Shown: piece after piece, positions 50,353 through 51,411 of the stretch
Layout: each line of letters opens with the position of its first letter
How positions within the stretch are numbered: the stretch's first letter is position 1
Origin: an uncultured Gammaproteobacteria bacterium
GTDB taxonomy: Bacteria; Patescibacteriota; Microgenomatia; UBA12405; JAHJSD01
DNA: 51,411 nucleotides
Assembly (NCBI GenBank): GCA_964498425.1
Contig: CAZCGQ010000005.1
Span: forward strand, 1-51,411
Direction of reading: 5' to 3'
Notes under the pieces: generated by a model
Seen by the model: only the letters and a program-made list of their open reading frames with translations
What the model was told of the DNA's origin: nothing
Database searches by the model: none
Position numbers and translations under genes: made by a program

Positions 50353-51411
50353 TTATTGAGACAGGAATCCAAATACTTCAGACAAATTAGTAATGACCAG
50401 ATTTAAAGCTGATTCCGTCGCCTTCGGCGTAATAGATACCGTATCCACCGATTTGGTTTCATTACCGGCTTTATCCTTGGCAATTGCCCGCAAGTGGTAA
50501 ACCTTGGACGGTGATAAATTGGGGACAATAACCAAGTGGTTGTTGGTTAAATCCGCGTCCTCCTGGGTCTTTTGAGAATAGGTCGTTCCTGTTCCCTCGC
50601 CAAACTCAACTTGGCTGGTTGCCGGTTCATCAGTGTTAAACGAAACCAACAGCTGGGCTTTGGCTTCTTCACCGGTTCCCTGAATTGTTCCTTCCACTTT
50701 CAAATTGCCGATAACCGGCGGCCGGGTGTCCGTCGCCGTTGTAAATGTCTGCTGATCCGATTCCGCTTCGTTGCCAACTTTATCTCTGCCCTTAACCACC
50801 AAAACATAGGTCTTGTCCGGCAATAAGTCTTTTAATAGCATCCGGTGTTCTCCCTGTTTCAACTGAATATTGACCTTGTCTTTGGCTTGGCCGGGATTAT
50901 CTGTCGGATAATAGGTTAGAATACTGCTGATTGAGGTATTTGTCTGCCAGGAAACCAAGACTGCCGGCTGGGCTGACCCGGTAATCTCTTCCAATCGTAC
51001 CTGGCTGATCCTCGGCCGGGGTAAGGTTTCAAAGGAATAAACATCACCCTCATATTCTTCGTCTTCACTGTCAAACGCATTCATTTTATAATAGTACTTT
51101 GTTCCATCTGCTAACCCCGTTAGCTGAACAGCGTACGTTGATTCGGTAGTTGAGGTTGTCACCTCAGACAGTCCTCCATAAGAAGTTGTTTCGCCGTAAT
51201 AAATTTTCACCTGAGCGGCGTTAGCAACGGTAAAATTAACCAGGGCCGTTGTTAAACCGATATTGGTTACTTCGACTTCCTTAACCGTCGGGGACGGGTC
51301 AGTTGTAAATGATTTTTCCTCGCTCATTCCGGTATTGCCGTCTTCATCTGTCCATTTCGCCCGGTAGTAGTAAGTCTGACCGGCCGATAAATTCGTCAAA
51401 GTTATTGAATG
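50353..51411 (-). CDS. Secreted fibronectin-type-III-like repeat protein (5' end outside the window)
   Basis: At least 4 Fn3-like modules of ~95 aa, each ending in G-x-x-Y-Y-Y/Y-x-L motifs (GQTYYYRAKWTDEDGNTG, DGTKYYYKMNAF, DKTYVLVVKGRDKVGN, SKVYHLRAIAKDKAGN). The frame stays open to the window edge, and the listed start is a TTG inside the frame. Confidence 0.7.
   Translation of the reverse strand, partial: HSITLTNLSAGQTYYYRAKWTDEDGNTGMSEEKSFTTDPSPTVKEVEVTNIGLTTALVNFTVANAAQVKIYYGETTSYGGLSEVTTSTTESTYAVQLTGLADGTKYYYKMNAFDSEDEEYEGDVYSFETLPRPRISQVRLEEITGSAQPAVLVSWQTNTSISSILTYYPTDNPGQAKDKVNIQLKQGEHRMLLKDLLPDKTYVLVVKGRDKVGNEAESDQQTFTTATDTRPPVIGNLKVEGTIQGTGEEAKAQLLVSFNTDEPATSQVEFGEGTGTTYSQKTQEDADLTNNHLVIVPNLSPSKVYHLRAIAKDKAGNETKSVDTVSITPKATESALNLVITNLSEVFGFLSQ

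Noticed and set aside
1-51411. Alternative genetic code (UGA as a sense codon, as in Gracilibacteria/Absconditabacteria).
   Set aside because: Long, motif-complete ORFs terminate at TGA (for example the GT4 gene at 8827 and the HIT gene at 45831), and no ORF appears broken by in-frame TGA. The standard code fits.

Overview
This is AT-rich bacterial DNA read with the standard genetic code; TAA, TAG and TGA all close long ORFs. Genes are tightly packed, often overlap, and lie almost entirely on the minus strand. That style, together with tandem PMT/ArnT-like paralogues, an orphan four-helix-bundle gene and fused t6A genes, suggests a Candidate Phyla Radiation/Patescibacteria (Microgenomates-like) genome; this assignment is inference only.

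Positions 48-44215 form one very large cell-envelope glycosylation island. It holds 11 GT2 genes, 2 GT4 genes, 2 Wzx-like flippases and about 15 multi-pass GT-C-like membrane transferases. The GT-C set includes five tandem PMT-like paralogues at 12.9-21.1 kb plus YfhO-, ALG6/8-, PIG-V- and ArnT-like types. A 1507-aa secreted beta-sandwich repeat protein inside the island is the obvious candidate acceptor.

The island is interrupted at 10.4-11.6 kb by a RAYT-type (HUH/Y1) transposase. It is bracketed by three copies of a 53-nt double-hairpin REP-like element and a GC-enriched 327-bp segment of unknown nature.

Two DNA-level repeat phenomena are superimposed on the island. At least 14 short tandem arrays have a 7-bp period; they fall into several sequence families, sit mostly inside glycosyltransferase ORFs, and give the same peptides in unrelated proteins. 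A 26-nt element with a perfect 20-bp palindrome occurs once inside an ORF and once in a divergent promoter region.

The right end (44.2-51.4 kb) looks like housekeeping: DUF192, a TsaC-TsaE fusion, HIT, TsaD, a MacB-type ABC pair with an SH3b-like insert, and a truncated Fn3-repeat protein. No rRNA, tRNA or CRISPR array was recognised.
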